Of a stretch of DNA of 44,642 nucleotides, positions 44,099 through 44,642 are shown piece by piece (the stretch's first letter is position 1; each line of letters begins with the position of its first letter). The notes under the pieces are model-generated. The model was given only the letters and a program-made list of their open reading frames with translations, was not told the DNA's origin and searched no databases. Made by a program: the position numbers and the translations under genes. The stretch comes from a virus (lineage: Duplodnaviria > Caudoviricetes), in the IMG/VR virus record IMGVR_UViG_3300009095_000026, positions 1 through 44,642 of that record, one strand, 5' to 3'.

Positions 44099-44642
44099 TT
44101 ACTCTCCGGCGTATGGAGGCACGATGTGATCGGCCAGCATGACGGCGACCGTATAGGCGTTACCGTACGGCGTGTTGCTGTGCGTGGATTCCACGGCGGT
44201 GAGGAAGGCTTCGCGCGAGCCGGAGAAACAGCCTGTGGTGTAGGACACCCCTAGCGCGGAGTCGCGGCATACGGTGAGGGTTGCGGCGCGCGAACCGAGG
44301 GGCCCCGCGGTGAAGCAATGCTCAGGTGCGGAGACCTGCGCGTCGCCGGAGACCCACGCGTTGCCGGAGACCTGCGCGTTGCCGGAGACCCACGCGTTGC
44401 CGTAGACCTGCGCGTCGCCGGAGACCCGCGCGTCGCCGTAGACCCACGCGTTGCCGTAGACCTGCGCGTCGCCGGAGACCCGCGCGTCGCCGTAGACCCG
44501 CGCGTTGCCGGAGACCTGCGCGTTGCCGTAGACCCGCGCGTTGCCGGAGACCTGCGCGTTGCCGGAGACCCGCGCGTCGCCGGAGACCCGCGCGTTGCCG
44601 GAGACCTGCGCGTTGCCGGAGACCCGCGCGTCGCCGGAGACC
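44099..44642 (-). CDS. hexapeptide-repeat (left-handed beta-helix-like) protein, partial
   Basis: G[DN]A[RQW]V[SY] repeats then GPLGSRAATLT...GCFSGSREAF...TH; TAA at 44099; start lies outside the window. Confidence 0.8.
   Translation of the reverse strand, partial: VSGDARVSGNAQVSGNARVSGDARVSGNAQVSGNARVYGNAQVSGNARVYGDARVSGDAQVYGNAWVYGDARVSGDAQVYGNAWVSGNAQVSGNAWVSGDAQVSAPEHCFTAGPLGSRAATLTVCRDSALGVSYTTGCFSGSREAFLTAVESTHSNTPYGNAYTVAVMLADHIVPPYAGE
44331..44642. repeat. 18-bp coding tandem repeat, about 17 units
   Basis: GAGACCTGCGCGTCGCCG and variants, head to tail with no spacers. Confidence 0.9.

Noticed and set aside
44331-44642. 18-bp repeats as a CRISPR array
   Set aside because: No spacers; units are in-frame hexapeptide codons of a minus-strand gene.
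1-44642. Genome-wide stop-codon reassignment
   Set aside because: TGA is the normal stop for most genes, often in ATGA overlaps; only one gene appears interrupted.

Overview
GC-rich tailed-phage DNA with podovirus-like organisation; the host is probably a proteobacterium (inference). 1-19457 (+): virion and lysis genes (scaffold, major capsid, adaptors, tail, ejection proteins, holin, GH108 endolysin, lipoprotein). 19484-35988 (-): a tightly coupled operon with a DIP1984-like protein followed by a structured tRNA-containing RNA, an HNH endonuclease, a Cas4-like exonuclease, an Acb2 anti-CBASS sponge, SSB, family A DNA polymerase, VRR-NUC, a DpdA/TGT-like gene plus a preQ0 transporter, an SNF2 helicase and eight glycosyl/methyltransferase genes. 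36203-43441 (+): Cro-like regulator, accessory genes, a two-frame C5 methyltransferase, primase-helicase and a probable origin. The window ends inside a hexapeptide-repeat gene (-). No terminase, integrase or reverse transcriptase is visible. The two most striking signals are (1) canonical integron attC sites and an attI-like site delimiting two gene cassettes whose ORFs are inverted relative to attC, with no integrase (37048-37895), and (2) a ~320-nt RNA closed by a long stem that contains a non-canonical tRNA(GCU) and 8-nt periodic CCGA repeats directly behind a half-length DIP1984-like gene (35325-35988). Family calls come from motif recognition by eye, not database searches.
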